Assembly: GCA_977017645.1 (NCBI GenBank)
Contig: OZ360238.1
Location: 54,932,001-54,996,000, forward strand
Direction: 5' to 3'
DNA from: Torpedo marmorata
Taxonomy: Eukaryota
DNA: 64,000 nt
Position 1 is the first letter of the stretch; every line of letters starts with the position of its first letter. Of the stretch, positions 11,480 to 25,468 are shown one piece after another. The position numbers and the translations under genes were made by a program. Below the pieces are notes generated by a model. It did no database searches. It was given only the letters and a program-made list of their open reading frames with translations, and had not been told where the DNA came from.

Positions 11480-12125
11480 AAAGTTAGAAGAGGATGCGGG
11501 GAGGTTTTCGGAGATATAGGCAGATTAAGTGAATGGGAAGGATGTGTCAGATGGAACGTGTAAAATGTGGGAGAAAAACAGGAAGGTGGAGTATTTGTTG
11601 GCAATCAGAGGGATGTGGGTGTTCTTGTTCTGGAATCACCAAAGGTTAACATGCAGGTATGGAAGGCAGTCAGGAATGCCATCAGTAAGCTGGCCCTCTT
11701 TGAATAGAAGTGTGGTAATGTCTTTCCCCAATTACATGGAACCTTGGGATGAGCATACCTGGAATATTGTGTGCTGGTCTGGTCTCCCGAGTTAAAGAAG
11801 GATATTCTTGTGGCAGCGAAATTCACCAGCTTCGTTCTTGGGGTAGGTGGATTTGTCCCAAGAGGACATTATGCGGAGAAGGCCTATGCTTGCTTAAGTT
11901 TAAAAGAATGAAAGGTGATCCTGCTCACATGTACAAAATTCTGACAAGGTTTGACGAGGTAGATAGAAGGGTGATGTTTGCCTTGGCTCTGACATCTAGG
12001 ACAAGGGATTATGGAATGAAAATAAATAGGACAAAAATGGGAAGAAAATTCTTTGCCCAGAGGTAGCGAGTGTTTGGAATCCTTTACCCAACTGGTATGG
12101 AGGCTCAGTCACTATTTCTTATATA
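11480..12125 (+). mobile_element. Highly decayed CR1 fragment
   Basis: ctggaatattgtgtg..tggtctcc; KRMKGD..YKIL..FFAQR. Confidence 0.65.
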
Positions 12126-12299
12126 CCTGGATGCGTGAAAATGCAGGAGGGCTTTAAAGAGAATGTGAATGGTGCAGAAATAGGGGGAGTGGGTACCAGA
12201 GTAACATGATAAGGGCCACATTGCTATTGCAATGGTGTCAGTGAGTTGTTGGAAAAATATAGAGCCAGCCCAGGAAGTTTCACATCAGCTAACTTTTTA

Positions 12300-12748
12300 C
12301 ATCAGAACACAATATCACTGGAGAGGATCACTGGAGTCTCTCTCCCCCCAATCGACGTGATCTACCGGGATCGTTGTCTGAAGAGGGCACACAAAATCAT
12401 CGAGGACTCCTTCCACCCTACACACAGCATCTTTCAGCCCCTCCCGTTGGGGAAGACATACAGGAGTATCAGAGCCAGCACCACCAGGCTGAGGAACTGC
12501 TTCTTCCCACGGGCAGTGAGAATGCTGAATGACCAAAGGAACTGCTCACACTAACCATCCGAGACTCTCATATTTGTGAAACAATATTTATTTATTTATT
12601 TGTATAGATGAAATACTTGTCTTGCATATGTATTGTTTGCATGTGTGTCGTGTCTTCTTGTGTGTCTGCATGTTTTGCACCAAGGACTGGAGAACGCTGT
12701 TTCGTCAGGTTGTACTTGTACAATCAGATGACAATAAACTTGACTTGA
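12300..12748 (+). mobile_element. Rex1/Babar 3' fragment
   Basis: ERITGVSLPPIDVIYRDRC..TTRLRNCFFPRAVRMLN; tail gacaataaacttgacttga. Confidence 0.88.
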
Positions 12749-13258
12749 AAATATAAACGCAGCCATTCCTAATTAGCTAAAGAATTATGAGGGGCTTGGT
12801 CACAAACCAATGCATACATCAGCTGGGCACTTAATAAACTGTTATTTGTGAATGCTTGTAAACAAGCAACTATTTCTAATGTAACTTGCCTTTAAGGATT
12901 CTTCCCTGTGTTCAAACAAGATAATTTGCATTTATGTAGCACCTATCTGATCACTGTAGGTTAAGTCAAAAAAGCAAATAATTTGAGAAGCTTGCGTAGT
13001 TCAAGTATTCAGTGATATATTTTAAGAAGGCTGCACATCCAACATTTTCTTTTATTTTAACACTACAGCACAGTACAGGCCCTTCAGCCCTCGATGTTGT
13101 GCCGACCCATATATTCCTTAAAAAAATACTAAACCGGGGGGGTCACGTGATGCGGAGATAAGGAGAAGACACGGACCCAAGGGCTCCCTGAAAGATCGAT
13201 ATTTAAAGCCATTTAGAACAGTCAGTTTAGCATTAAATACATATATATCTCTTCAAAT

Positions 13259-14196
13259 ATGGGAAAGAAGACAAAACACCAAGTTTCTGCGGAAGAAGAA
13301 GCCTCCAGGTCGCCGATATCAACGAGTGATTCTCCTTGCGGGAGCGGCAATTTGGGAACCTCCATTATGCTCAGGCGCTGGAAGAGGCGAGTGGGGCCCC
13401 AGAGCCCACATCGCGGGATATCCTGCACGCAGTGGAGGCTCTAGCCGGCAAGATTACTGGGCTCGAAGCCAATTTTACTGGGCTAGACGCCAAGATTGCT
13501 GGGCTCGATGCCAAGTTTGGAGAGCTCACAGCTGGGATCAGAGAGCTGAAGAACTTGTTTGGAGCTTTAACCTCCCGAGTGGGAGAGGTTGAAGATAAAA
13601 TGGAGGACGTCCAGGATAGGCTAGAAAAGCATGAAAATAATATCGATGCATGGAAGTTGGAGAGAGACAATATTTTGGAGAAGCTTGATAGGCTGGAGAA
13701 CTTCAGCAGGAGGAATAATATCAGGATAATTGGGCTGAAGGAGGGGAAAGATCCAGTGGGTTTTTTTGAAAGGTGGATCCCAAAGATCCTGGGCCAGGAA
13801 AACTTTAAAAAAACTTTATTCATAGAAAGGGCCCACCGGACCCTCGGACCCCGACCAGACCCAGGCCAACGACCAAGACCAGTCCTGGTGCGTTTGCTCA
13901 ACTACCAGGACTGGGAGAGGATCCTACGCGCGGCAACCGCACGTGCGAGAGAAAATGGCGGGCCCATTGATCCAGAGGGGGAGAATGTACTTTTCTTCCC
14001 AGATCTGAGTGCGGCCTTGGTGAAGCGTCGGAGGGCGTTCGACACAGGGATGCGGCAGCTGAGAGTGAAGGGGATCCCATATGCGCTACTCCACCCCGCG
14101 ATGCTGAGGCTCGACACACCAGCAGGAGGCAGAAAGTTCTTCGGGACACCCCAGGAGGCTGCAGACTTTGTTCGAGACCTCCCGGGGAGATCCTAA
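13259..14196 (+). pseudogene. L1 ORF1p (coiled coil, RRM, CTD); likely frameshift near the N-terminus
   Basis: LENFSRRNNIRIIGLKEG, IERAHR, PRPVLVRL, FFPDLS; ATG at 13259 is out of frame with the 13336-14196 ORF. Confidence 0.92.
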
Positions 14197-14632
14197 GGTT
14201 TGGAGAAAGGAACGAGGAGGAAAGAAGGACTTTGATTGAACTTAAAGTGGGACGCTGGTTAAGAGGGATGGTTTTGTTTTCTGTAATAGTATCGTTATAC
14301 TGAGTTGTGTTATATTGTGTAAATAATGGTTTTTAAGGTTAATAATATAAAGAGGCAAAGAGCCCGGTGGGAGTTGGGTGGTACGAAGTTAGCTGGTTAG
14401 CTAGTTAATTAAGTATGCCAAAGAGAGCACTAAGTGCACCCCATCTTGAGGGGGTTAATGGCACCAAAGGAGTGGGTGTTGTTGGTGCTGGAGCAAGGGG
14501 AAGGGATATTTTTTTTAATCTGAGTTTTTTTTTCGCGAGCTTTTAAGGTTTTTTTTTTAGCGTCATCGTCAGTGCTGAACAGATATATATATTGTAAAAA
14601 GGGACAGACACACCATAGAAAAAATATACAAA

Positions 14633-16812
14633 GGGGCTGCGAAGGGACTTACAGGGTGTGCATTGGGACAATTTGTTTTATGGGCAGGATGTAGTAGAGA
14701 GATGGAAGTCTTTTAAAGATCAGATTTTGAGAGTGCAAAAGCTTTATGTTCCTGTTAGGTTAAAAGGAGGGGCAAAAGGTTTGAGAGAGCCGTGGTTTTC
14801 GAGGAATATTGGAAACTTGGTTCGAAAAAAAAAGGGAGGCGTACATTAAGTATAAGAAGCATGGAATTAAGGAGATGTTTGAAAAATACATTGAATGTAA
14901 AAGGAATCTTAAGAGAGGAATTAGGAAAGCTAAAAGAAGGTATGAAGAGACTATAGCAAGCAGGGTGAAAATTAATCCAAAAGGTTTTTACAAATACGTT
15001 AATGGTAAAAGGAAAGCGAGGGACAAAATTGGTCCCTTAGAGAATCAGAGCGGAAAACTGTGTGTGGAGCCTAGAGAAATGGGGGAGATATTGAACAGTT
15101 TCTTTTCTTCGGTATTCACCAAGGAGAAGGATATTGAGATATGCGAGATAAAAAAAGCAAATTGGGTAAATATGGAGAATATAGGGATTACGAAAGATGT
15201 AGTGTTAGGGCTTTTGAGGCATATAAAGGTGGATAAGTCTCCGGGACCCGACGGGATCTTCCCCAGGACCTTGAGAGAAGTAAGCGAAGAAATAGCAGAG
15301 GCTCTGACGGTGATTTTCCAAATGTCATTAGAGATGGGGATAGTGCCGGAGGATTGGCATATTGCGCATGTGGTTCCGTTATTTAAAAAGGGTTCAAGGA
15401 GGAAGCCTGGCAATTATCGGCCTGTAAGTTTGACGTCTGTGGTAGGTAAATTAATGGAGAAAGTTCTCAGAGATAGTACTTATAAATATCTGGATAGACA
15501 GGGTCTGATCAGGAACTCTCAACACGGATTTGTGAGCGGAAGGTCCTGTTTGACCAATCTGATTGAATTTTTTGAAGAGGTGACTAGGAATGTGGATGAG
15601 GGTAGCACAGTGGATGTTGTCTATATGGACTTCAGTAAGGCCTTCGATAAGGTTCCGCATGGAAGGTTAGTTAGGAAGGTGCAGTCTTTAGGTATAAATT
15701 CTGAGATAGTCAAATGGATTGAACATTGGCTGGAAGGGAGAGGCCAGAGGGTGGTAGTGGATAATTGTCTGTCAGGTTGGAGGCCGGTGACCAGTGGTGT
15801 GCCTCAGGGATCTGTATTGGGCCCATTGTTGTTCGTTATATATATCAATGATCTAGATGATGGGGTGGTAAACTGGATTAGTAAATATGCAGATGATACT
15901 AAGATAGGTGGAATAGTGGATAATGAAGAAGGTTTTCAAGGATTGCAGAGGGATTTGGGCTGCTTAAAAAACTGGGCTGAAAAATGGCAGATGGAGTTTA
16001 ATGCTGATAAGTGTGAGGTGCTTCATTTTGGTAAGAAGAATCAGAACAGGACATATGTAGTAAATGGGAGAGCATTGATGAATACAGAAGAGCAGAAAGA
16101 TTTAGGAATAACGGTGCATCGTTCCCTGAAGGTGGAAACTCATGTGAATAGGGTGGTGAAGAAGGCTTTTAGTATGCTGGCCTTTATCAATCATTGCATA
16201 GAATATAGGAGTTGGGAAGTGATGTTGAGATTATATAAGGCTTTGGTGCGGCCTAATTTAGAGTTCTGTGTGCAGTTCTGGTCGCCAAATTATAGGAAGG
16301 ATATCATCAAGGTGGAGAGAGTGCAGAGAAGGTTTACCAGAATGTTACCTGGGTTTAAGAATCTAGAGTACAAGGAGAGATTGAGCAGATTAGGTCTTTA
16401 TTCTTTGGAGCGTAGAAGGTTGAGAGGGGATTTGATAGAGGTATTTAAAATTATGAAAGGGATAGACAGAGTGGATGTGGATAGACTATTTCCATTAAGA
16501 ATAGGAGAGATTGAAACAAGAGGACATGAGCTAAGAGTTAAGGGGCAGAGGTTTAAAGGTAACATGAGGGGGAACTTCTTTACTCAGAGAGTGGTAGCGG
16601 TGTGGAATGAGCTTCCGGGAGAAGTAGTGGCGGCAGAGTCAATTTTATTATTTAAGAAAAAGTTGGACAAGTATATGGATGAGAAGGAAGTGGAGGGTTA
16701 TGGGCAGGGTGCAGGTAGGTGGGACTAGATAGGAATGTTTGGTTCGGTGCGGACTGGAAGGGCCTAATGGCCTGTTTCCGTGCTGTAATTGTTATATGGT
16801 TATATGGTTATA
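14633..16812 (+). mobile_element. Young 5'-truncated CR1 LINE in the L1 inter-ORF spacer
   Basis: CR1 RT ORF and (gttatatg)n tail. Confidence 0.95.
14809..16728 (+). pseudogene. CR1 ORF2, uninterrupted RT and C-terminal region (lacks endonuclease)
   Basis: KSPGPDG, NYRPVSLTS, DFSKAFD, GVPQGSVLGP, YADD, LERRRLRGDLIE. Confidence 0.95.
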
Positions 16813-16815
16813 AAA

Positions 16816-19800
16816 ATGGGATGGAACTGTACATATATTCAAATAAGTAAGACTATAAAATTTCTTAGTTTTAATGTTAATGGATTGAACGGACCCATAA
16901 AGAGGAAAAGAGTCTTCGCACACCTTAAAAAGCTACAGGTGGATATAGTTTTCTTACAGGAAATGCATCTTACAAAGCAGGAGCATAGCAAATTAAAAAG
17001 AGGTTGGGTGGGACAGATAGCTGCATCTTCTTTTAACTCCAAAGCTAGGGGGGTAGCTATCTTAATAAATAAAAATGTTCCAGTGGTGGTTGGGGACACG
17101 GTTGTTGACTCGGCAGGAAGATATGTGATGGTACATTGTCAGATTTACTCAGAACCCTGGACACTCTTGAATCTTTACGCACCAAATTTTGACGACGAGT
17201 CATTTATGCAGAAATTTTTTTTGAGGGTGACAGGAGGACGACAAAACGTTTTGATTGGTGGGGATTTTAACTTCTGTCTGGATCCCATTCTGGATAAATC
17301 GGCAAAGACAGTTAAGAATGCCAGGGCGGCTAAAACAACCTTGGCTTTCATCAAAGATTTAAACCTAATAGATGTATGGAGACAGTTGCACCCTCAAGCT
17401 AGAGACTACTCCTTTTATTCAAAGCCCCATGATTCTTACACCAGAATTGACTATTTCCTGATGTCTGCACAATTAGAAGGCAAAGTGATTGAATCGGAAT
17501 ATCAAGCCAGACTTCTATCGGACACACGCCCTTGATTTTGTCTATGGTAATGCCAAATAAACAAGCTAATGCTTACAGATGGCGCCTTAATTCTACGCTA
17601 TTGAAAAGACCAGATTTCTGTGGTTTTATAAGGGGTCAGATAAGTTTGTTTTGCGAAACAAACTGCCCCTCTACTAATAATAGTTTTCTAATATGGGATA
17701 CATTGAAGGCGTATCTAAGGGGGCAAATAATTTCATACACCAAAAATGTCAAGAAAAAATATATGGCGGAAATAAACAATTTGGAAGGGGAGATTTTAAA
17801 ATTGGAAAAGGAATACCAACAGTCGGGATCAAAAGATAAATATCAAACTTTGGTAAATAAGAAACTTAAATATAATACTTTACAAACATACAAAATGGAG
17901 AAGGACATTTTAAGATCTAAGCAGAAATACTATGAATTAGGGGAAAGAGCACATAAGGTTTTGTCTTGGCAATTGAGGACAGAGGAGACTTCGAGGACAA
18001 TTAATGCAGTTCAGTCGGGACCATATAAGATATCATACAACCCAAAAGAGATCAATGACACTTCTAAACAGTTTTATGCAAAATTGTATGAGTCAGAGTC
18101 GCCAAGTGACTCAACTACAATAGATGAGTTCCTGTCCACGATTGAATTGCCAAGGTTGGACCAGGACGATCAGATGGAATTAGGTGCCCCATTCTCCGAA
18201 GAGGAGATTGAAAAAGCCTTGGGATCTCTACAGGCGAATATATTGCCAGGAGAAGATGGTTTCCTGCCTGAGTTCTACAGAGAGTTTAAGGATCTTTTGA
18301 TGCCTCTTATTATGAATGTAGTTAACCAGGCGGCGGAAACACGGACTCTCCCGGAATCCTTTTCAATAGCTATTATTACGGTTATACCAAAGAAAAATAG
18401 AGACCCATTAAAACCTTCTTCATACAGGCCCATTTCATTATTAAATGCGGACTACAAAATAATAGCCAAGGCATTGGCTAATAGATTGGGTCAATATTTA
18501 CCAAAATTGATAAATTCGGACCAAGTCGGCTTTATTAAGAAGAGACACTCGGCCAACAATTTGAGCAGACTATTGAGTATTATACATTTGGCACAATCAA
18601 AGGCAGACCCAAGTATAGCCATGTCTTTGGATGCGGAAAAGGCTTTCGATAGGTTGGAATGGCCTTTCTTATTTAAAGTACTGGAGAAATTTGGATTGGG
18701 AGAATCATTAATTAGGTAAGAATGCCCTATTACAAACCTCGGGCAAAGATCATTACGAATGGCCAGATATTGTCAACATTCCCCTTAAGTAGGTCTAGCA
18801 GCAGGTCTTTTTATCTTGGCAATTGAGCCACTGGCAGAATCTATTAGGCAGGACCCAGACATAAAAGGATTCAGGGTGGACCAGGTGGAACATAAAATTA
18901 ATTTGTTTGCAGATGAAGTGTTGTTGTATTTGACAGACCCTGCCGAGTCCTTGGCCAGGTTGCAGACCACACTGGACGATTACGGCATGATTTCGGGTTA
19001 CAAAATCAATTTAGAAAAAAGTGAGATCATGCCGTTGACAAAATTTGATTACGGGGAATATCAACAAAAGAGTCGCTTTAAGTGGCAACCAAAGGGTATT
19101 AAATATTTGGGAATAATGATTGACAATGATTTGCAAAATTTGTATAGACTTAACTACCTCCCTATGCTTGGAAAGATCAAAGACGATTTACTTAGGTGGA
19201 GGGACCTGCCCATTACTCTAGTGGGCAGGGTGAACTGCATTAAACTGAAGGTGATGCCGAAACTGCAATACCTCTTTCAGTCCTTGACAATCCCATGGCC
19301 GCGGGTCTTTTTTAAAGCACTTAACGGACATGTAAGGCAATTTATCTGGAGTGGTAAGGTCTCCAGAGTTTCCATGGAGAAGCTGACATGGGATTACAAT
19401 TTGGGGGGTTTGCAATTACCAGATGTTAAGAAATATTATTTAGCAGCTCAGTCAAGGTTTCTTTCATCCTTTTTCGAGGGGGACGATCCCCCCTCATGGG
19501 TCCAAATTGGACTAAACACCATAGGAGAGAAAATAGCGAAGGACTTTATCAACAAATGGAACACCAAATTAATATCTAGGCGAACGGACAATCCCATTCT
19601 AAAACATATGATTAAGATTTGGCAGGAAATCATTGAATGTACTGGAGGAAAGGTGGAAATATCACCAAAGGCACCTTTGATCCAAAATGAAACTATACCC
19701 ATGGCTTTGGGTAACAAAATTTTAAACATTTGGCACCAGAAGGGACTCCGATATATTGAAGACTGTTATGATAAAGGCCAACTTATGTCTTTTGAGCAAC

Positions 19801-20590
19801 AAGAGTAAATATGATTTGTCCAATGGAACCTTCTACTGTTTTCTTCAACTAAGGTCCTTCTTGAGGGATAGATGGGGTCCTACAATGACCCCACCTAGGT
19901 GTAATGAAATGGAAAAGTTGCTTCGATTGGGAAATGCACCTAAATTCATATCTAGAATGTATTTCGTACTCCAAAGCGAAAGCCCTAAACCGGGCCTACA
20001 AAGATCGAGAGAGAGGAGGGAGTCGGACTTGGGAACAACAATTCACGAACGATGCTGGTTAGGCTGGTGTTTAGATAGCATGACAGCAGTCATTAATGCC
20101 AGATATAGGCTGGTTCAATATAATTTCCTACACCAATTGTATCTCACACCACAAAAACTACACAAGTCAAAACCAGAGATATCAGAAATGTGTTTCAGGT
20201 GTGGGATAGAAATTGGATCCTTTTTACACTCCACCTGGTCATGTGTAAAGGTAAGGCCCTTTTGGCATGATTTGGCTAACGTACTAACTAGGATTACGGG
20301 AGTAGCCTTTCCACTAGACCCGGAGTTGTATCTTTTAGGAAACCTCATGGACATAAGCAACAGATTATCTAAATTCCAAATTCAATTTGTAAAAGTTGCT
20401 CTGTCCGTAGCAAAAAAATTGCATTGCAGTTACTTGGAAGTCCAACTCCCCCCTTCTCATCACTCAATGGTCTACGGAAATGTACAGCTGTATCCCCATG
20501 GAAAAAATTACATATAGTCTTAGAAATAAGTACGATAACTTTGTTAAAGTGTGGCAACCATACTTGGAGCACATTGGTGCTCAGTTGTAA
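16816..20590 (+). pseudogene. L1 ORF2p (APE endonuclease, RT, CCHC), several frameshifts
   Basis: SFNVNGL, FLQE, GGDFN, RIDY, YRPISLLN, DAEKAFD, FADE (YADD-type motif altered), CFRC..H..WSC. Confidence 0.95.
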
Positions 20591-21799
20591 TCAAACCCCT
20601 GAGGTATGGTATACTGTAAGGTATAATTATTTTAAGTGTGTGTCATCCCCAAATACTTGGACAAAAGTTGTAAGCGCTGACGGTACGTTTAGTTTTCTTT
20701 TTCTTCTGTTTTGGTTTTATTCTTTTTGGGTGGGGAGGGAGGGTTAAGGGGCGTAATGTATCCTGTACTTGATACGTTTGAAATTTATGTGTATTCGTGA
20801 TTGTTTATTAATGTTTTGTGAAAATTTTGAAAATGAAAAATAAAATATATTTTTTTAAAAATACTAAACCCTGTAACCCTCTATATCCTTTCCATTATTT
20901 TTGGAAAACTTAGCACCGCCAGAGGGAATCATCCACTGCCACCAGAGAATGTAAAGGATTAATCTTTAATCCATAGAAGCCATATACGATGGTCAGTGCA
21001 GTGAACCACCTGTGAAAACTGGGTGAGGCCTCGGCAATAACAATCTCTGACAAAGCAGCTGTTGAGTGACTGGCCTATCAAACCGTGGCGAATGGTGTAG
21101 TTTAGAAATTGTATACACTAACCTTGGGCCAAATACATAAATTACCCTGTGAAATTGGACTAGATTTCTACAGGGGAGACCCTCTTTCTGACACACTTGT
21201 TTTTGCCATAGCGATAATGTATTCTTCCTGTCAGTCTGCCAACAGGACAAAACTACTGAATGCAAATAATGCAATAGCAGCACCAGGATGTAGACATTCA
21301 AACGTTACAACATTTACTATTTTCGGTTTAAAAAGTAATTACCAATATTAAATCCAGGAGCCAAGCTCATACCAATGGTACCTGGATTGAAGATTGGACT
21401 CCCCAAACAACCATAACAGCATTAATTGTAGTCCTAATATTTGGTCACTAAATATCAGTAGTACACTACATAAACCCCATTTCAGTGAATCTTTGTGATT
21501 TATGGTTGGACTATAAACTGACAATAAAGTATCAAAACATTCAGGAGAACTTTATTCTCTTGTTATTTACAGAAACCCATTAACCTGTGAGTAACAAATT
21601 CCTGGAGGACTTTGCCACAAATAGAGACCAGAAGAAATATCACAACCGTGCCTCACCAAGATCATTGACAACATCAGAAGAATGTGTGCTTTCTGTAGGT
21701 CACTGAGAGATGAGTCACCATCATTAAAACCAGTTCTGCAAGTTGATACTAATAACACATGGGCTGCTGGAATTGTAATCAGTGTAGGAGTGCCAAAGC

Positions 21800-23680
21800 A
21801 GTTTTTTTTTATCCTCAAAGGTACTTGGAGAGCAAGACAGAGGCAGAGGGAACTGAGCATTCTCTAGACTGACCTGCAGCAACTCCTCCTTCTGCAGTTG
21901 AGAGCGGTGGATGTGAGGGAGGAACTCCGAGAGGTGAAGAGCCAGCAAGCTGCGCTATTCACCTTGAACTCCAAGATTATTTTCTGATCCAGAGTCCGCA
22001 CAGTGGAGTAGGATGAGACGTGCTCACGCTTCTCCTTCCAAAAGGTACACACAGGGAGCTCTGTGATCCACAGCCTTAAGGAAGACCACGGCTCAGTCAC
22101 ATCCTCACAGTCGGGCATACAGAGAATCAGCAGATCCTTTTATGCCGAACTGTACGACACTAAGGCTACAGAAAGAATGGCCTCCCAAAACTTCCTGTCC
22201 TCTATCACGGAGGCATTAGACAACAGCAAGCCGGAGAGTTTGGACCAGACAATTACCCTGAGGGTGCTAATGGACTCCATCTGTTCCTTTGGGTCGAGTA
22301 AAACTCCCAACAGTGACAGCTTACCGACTGAGTTGTACACGGCTCTGTGGGACTGGGTGGGCCTGGACCTGCTGGAAGTATACAACGCCATGCTCCTGGC
22401 AGGAAGCATGTCAGACTCCTTGAGAAAGGACATCATCACTCTCTTCTTCAAACAGAAAGGGGAGAAGGAGGATATCAGGAATTGGTGACCCATATCGTTG
22501 TTAAATGTTGACTACAAAATCCTGTCCAAAGCCATCGCCAATCGAGTCAAGTCTACCCTGGGGCGAGTTATCCACACAGACCAACCTGCACGGTTCCGGG
22601 CAAGAAAATCTCTCACAGCCTCCTGCTGCTCAGAGATATCATCACCTACATGCAGGACGGGGAGGTGGACACCTGCCCGGTCAGCTTAGAACAGGAGAAG
22701 GCTTTCAACCGGATATCACACACGTACGTGATGGACGTGCTCTCCAAAATGGGATTTGTGGAGGGAATACGAAATTGGATTAAACTGCTCTACACAGACA
22801 TCTGTAGTGCAGTGCAAAACAGATAGCTTCCCCATCAAATCTGGAGTCAGGCAGGGTTGCCCACTCTCTACAGTCTTATTTGTGAGCTGTATAGAGCTAT
22901 TTGCTGCATCCATCAGGAAGGACAAGGGCATAAGAGTACTGATGTTACCAAGCAGAGGAGACACTCAGGTCAAGGTCTCCCTGTGCATGGACGACGTCGC
23001 CGTCTTCTGTTCAGACACAGATCGGTCTGCAGACTGATCAGCATTTGCGGCCAGTTTGAGTCTGCGTTGGGCGCCAAAGTAAACCGGAAGAAGAGCGAGG
23101 CAACGTTCTTCGGTAACTGGTCTGACCAATCCACCATCCTATTCACAGTCAGTTCTGACTACCTGGAGGTGTTGGGGACCAGTTTGGAGGGGTTGAGACG
23201 TGCACAAGAATTGGTCGGAGCAGATCGCAAATGTTACCAGAAATTGGGTCTGTGGGAGTGTTCTCCGTCTCAATAATGGGGAAGAACCTGGTCATCAGGT
23301 GCTGTATGTGGTGCAGGTGTGGCCCATCCCCCGCACCTCTGCCCTGGCGGTCATCAAAACAATATACGGGTTCACCTATGCATCCAAGATAGAAAGGGTC
23401 TAAAGGGTCGCCATGTACAAGTTGCCAGACAATGGGGGCAAGGGCGTACCCAATGTGGCCCTCATCATGTTGACCACCTTCGTGTGAGGCTGCATCAGGC
23501 TGTGCGTGGAACCAAAATACAAGTGCACCATGTGCTGCTATGTGCTGAGGTTCTACCTGTCCCAGGTGTTGCGAAGGATGGGCCTGGCCCCATTGCCGCA
23601 CATTGTCCCAGTCAGCTGAAATTTGCCACTCCACCTATCCTTCATGGAAATGTTTTTCCAGACAAAAAAAAGGAGTGCCA
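21800..23680 (+). mobile_element. Decayed Tx1-clade LINE ORF2 fragment
   Basis: SFYAELY, KGEKEDIRNW.PI.LLNVDYKILSKAIANR, SGVRQGCPLS, CMDDV. Confidence 0.85.
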
Positions 23681-23734
23681 AAGCAGGGGAGCTCTTTCCT
23701 ACATACTGTGGGAGCTTCATTTGATGATCATCAA

Positions 23735-24085
23735 TAAAGTGGCAAGGATGTTTCGCATGGTAGGGGATTCTAGGACAAGAGGGCATAATTTCAGGATAAA
23801 AGGACGTCAATTTAAAACAGAGATGTGGAAAAATACCTTTAGTCAGAGGGTCCTGAGTCTGTGGAACTTGTTGCCACAGGCGGCTGTGGAAGCGAGGTCG
23901 TTGGGTGTATTTAAGGCAGAGATTGACAGGTATTTGATTAGTCAGGGCATCAAGGGTTACGGGGAGGAAGCCGGGGAATGGGGCTGTGGGTGGATGGATC
24001 AGCTCATGATTAGAATGGTGGAGCGGACTCGATGGGTCAATGGGCCGACTTCTGCTCCTATATCTGGTGATCTTGTGATTGTGAT
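23735..24085 (+). mobile_element. CR1 3' fragment
   Basis: VGDSRTRGHNFRIKG..FSQRV..WN.LP; CR1 3' UTR. Confidence 0.85.
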
Positions 24086-24799
24086 AATGTGCGGTCTGCA
24101 CTGCAATCAGGCATTGGAAATGTGATGCAGGTTTCAACTGTGTTTCTGATGGCAACTAAAGCAGCAAGACACCTTCAGCTTCACTCATTTCAATTATTTC
24201 AGCATTCAACCAGCACTAACATGTGATTGGTTGGCTGCACTCACCAATAGGAGCACAATACTGAGAGGAGCTATTAATGGCTGCGCTGCTTAAAACTAGC
24301 CTGCATTGCTAGCAGATGTGAAGAGGTGGGAAATAAATGTTGCTGTCTTGAGAGAGAGCAGCAGGCTCATGCTCCAATGACCCATTGCCACTTTCCATTG
24401 CCACCTCAAAACTTGAAAACACCGCCAACTATTCAACCAGGGGATAGCCACGCCACCCAAACAGATTTGAATGGCACTCACGAGTGCTGCTTCTTCTCTC
24501 TTATGAGACAACATGCTGGGCCTAATCAGAGGGTTTTGCAAGGTGGGGATATTGGATGATAGTTGCAAGCTGTCTGCATGTCCCAGACCACCCCCCACCC
24601 CACCCTCACCCGGAGAAGATGTTCATCACTAGATGGCTCTTCCTGAGTGGGGCTGAAACCGTTGACGATGATGGTATCTTCACATCTAACCTGCCCCTTC
24701 TCCCATTCTGCCTCCTCCTCATGCCACACTCCCTCTTGACTTATCAGCTGCAGGTGGGTTGAGCAAGTACTTCCCACTCTCCCCACTCCTCTCCCGGAG

Positions 24800-24875
24800 A
24801 CATACGAGAGAATGCAGATGCTGGAATCTGAAGCAATAAGCAGTCTGCTGGAGGAACTCAGCTGGTCGAGCGGCA
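24800..24875 (-). mobile_element. Penelope pLTR fragment
   Basis: tgcagatgctggaatctgaagcaa..tgctggaggaactcagc. Confidence 0.55.
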
Positions 24876-25240
24876 AACCAATTGGCACACTGAGTTCCAC
24901 CAGCAGATTGTACCTGCCCTGGCAGTGGACGAGAAGAGAGAAGACAATGGAGATGAGAACACGTTGAATAAATGAATGAATGAATATACAGGTGCAATGA
25001 AAGTCTTACTTGCTACCGGTTCTTGTCATCACCTTTCACCGTGATATTGGTGAAATGACCCAAGAGGAAGATGAAGACACAGCTTTTAACTCGGAGGTGA
25101 AATCTGCGTATGTTGAGACGTGGAGCATGCGATCTAAAGCTGGGTCAGGGAGTAAAGTTAACGTCGACACCAGCTCCACCTGGAAATCTACCCTCCGAAA
25201 CATCACCAAGCTTGCAGCCCCTGGGATTGGCAGTGGCTGC

Positions 25241-25468
25241 AACAGGCCATTTTGGCCCACGAGTCCGTTCCACCCAATTTACACCCAATTAACCTCCACC
25301 CCCAGTACGTTTCGAACAGTGGGAGGAAACTGGAGCCCCCGGGGAAAACCCACGCATAAACGGGGAGAACGTACAAACTCCTTACAGACAGCGCGAGATT
25401 TGAACCCGGGTCCCGATCGCTGGCGCTGTAAAGGCGTTGCACTAACCGCTACGCCAACCGTGCCGCCC
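25241..25468 (-). mobile_element. V-SINE/HE1-like SINE (3' tail missing)
   Basis: Reverse complement of the 8719-8966 family. Confidence 0.9.

Larger units (their letters stand above)
13136..20856 (+). mobile_element. Full-length L1 retrotransposon (inactive) with a CR1 insertion
   Basis: 14-bp TSD aaaaatactaaacc (13122-13135 and 20857-20870) at a TT/AAAA site; 5'UTR, ORF1, ORF2, 3'UTR with AATAAA. Confidence 0.96.
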
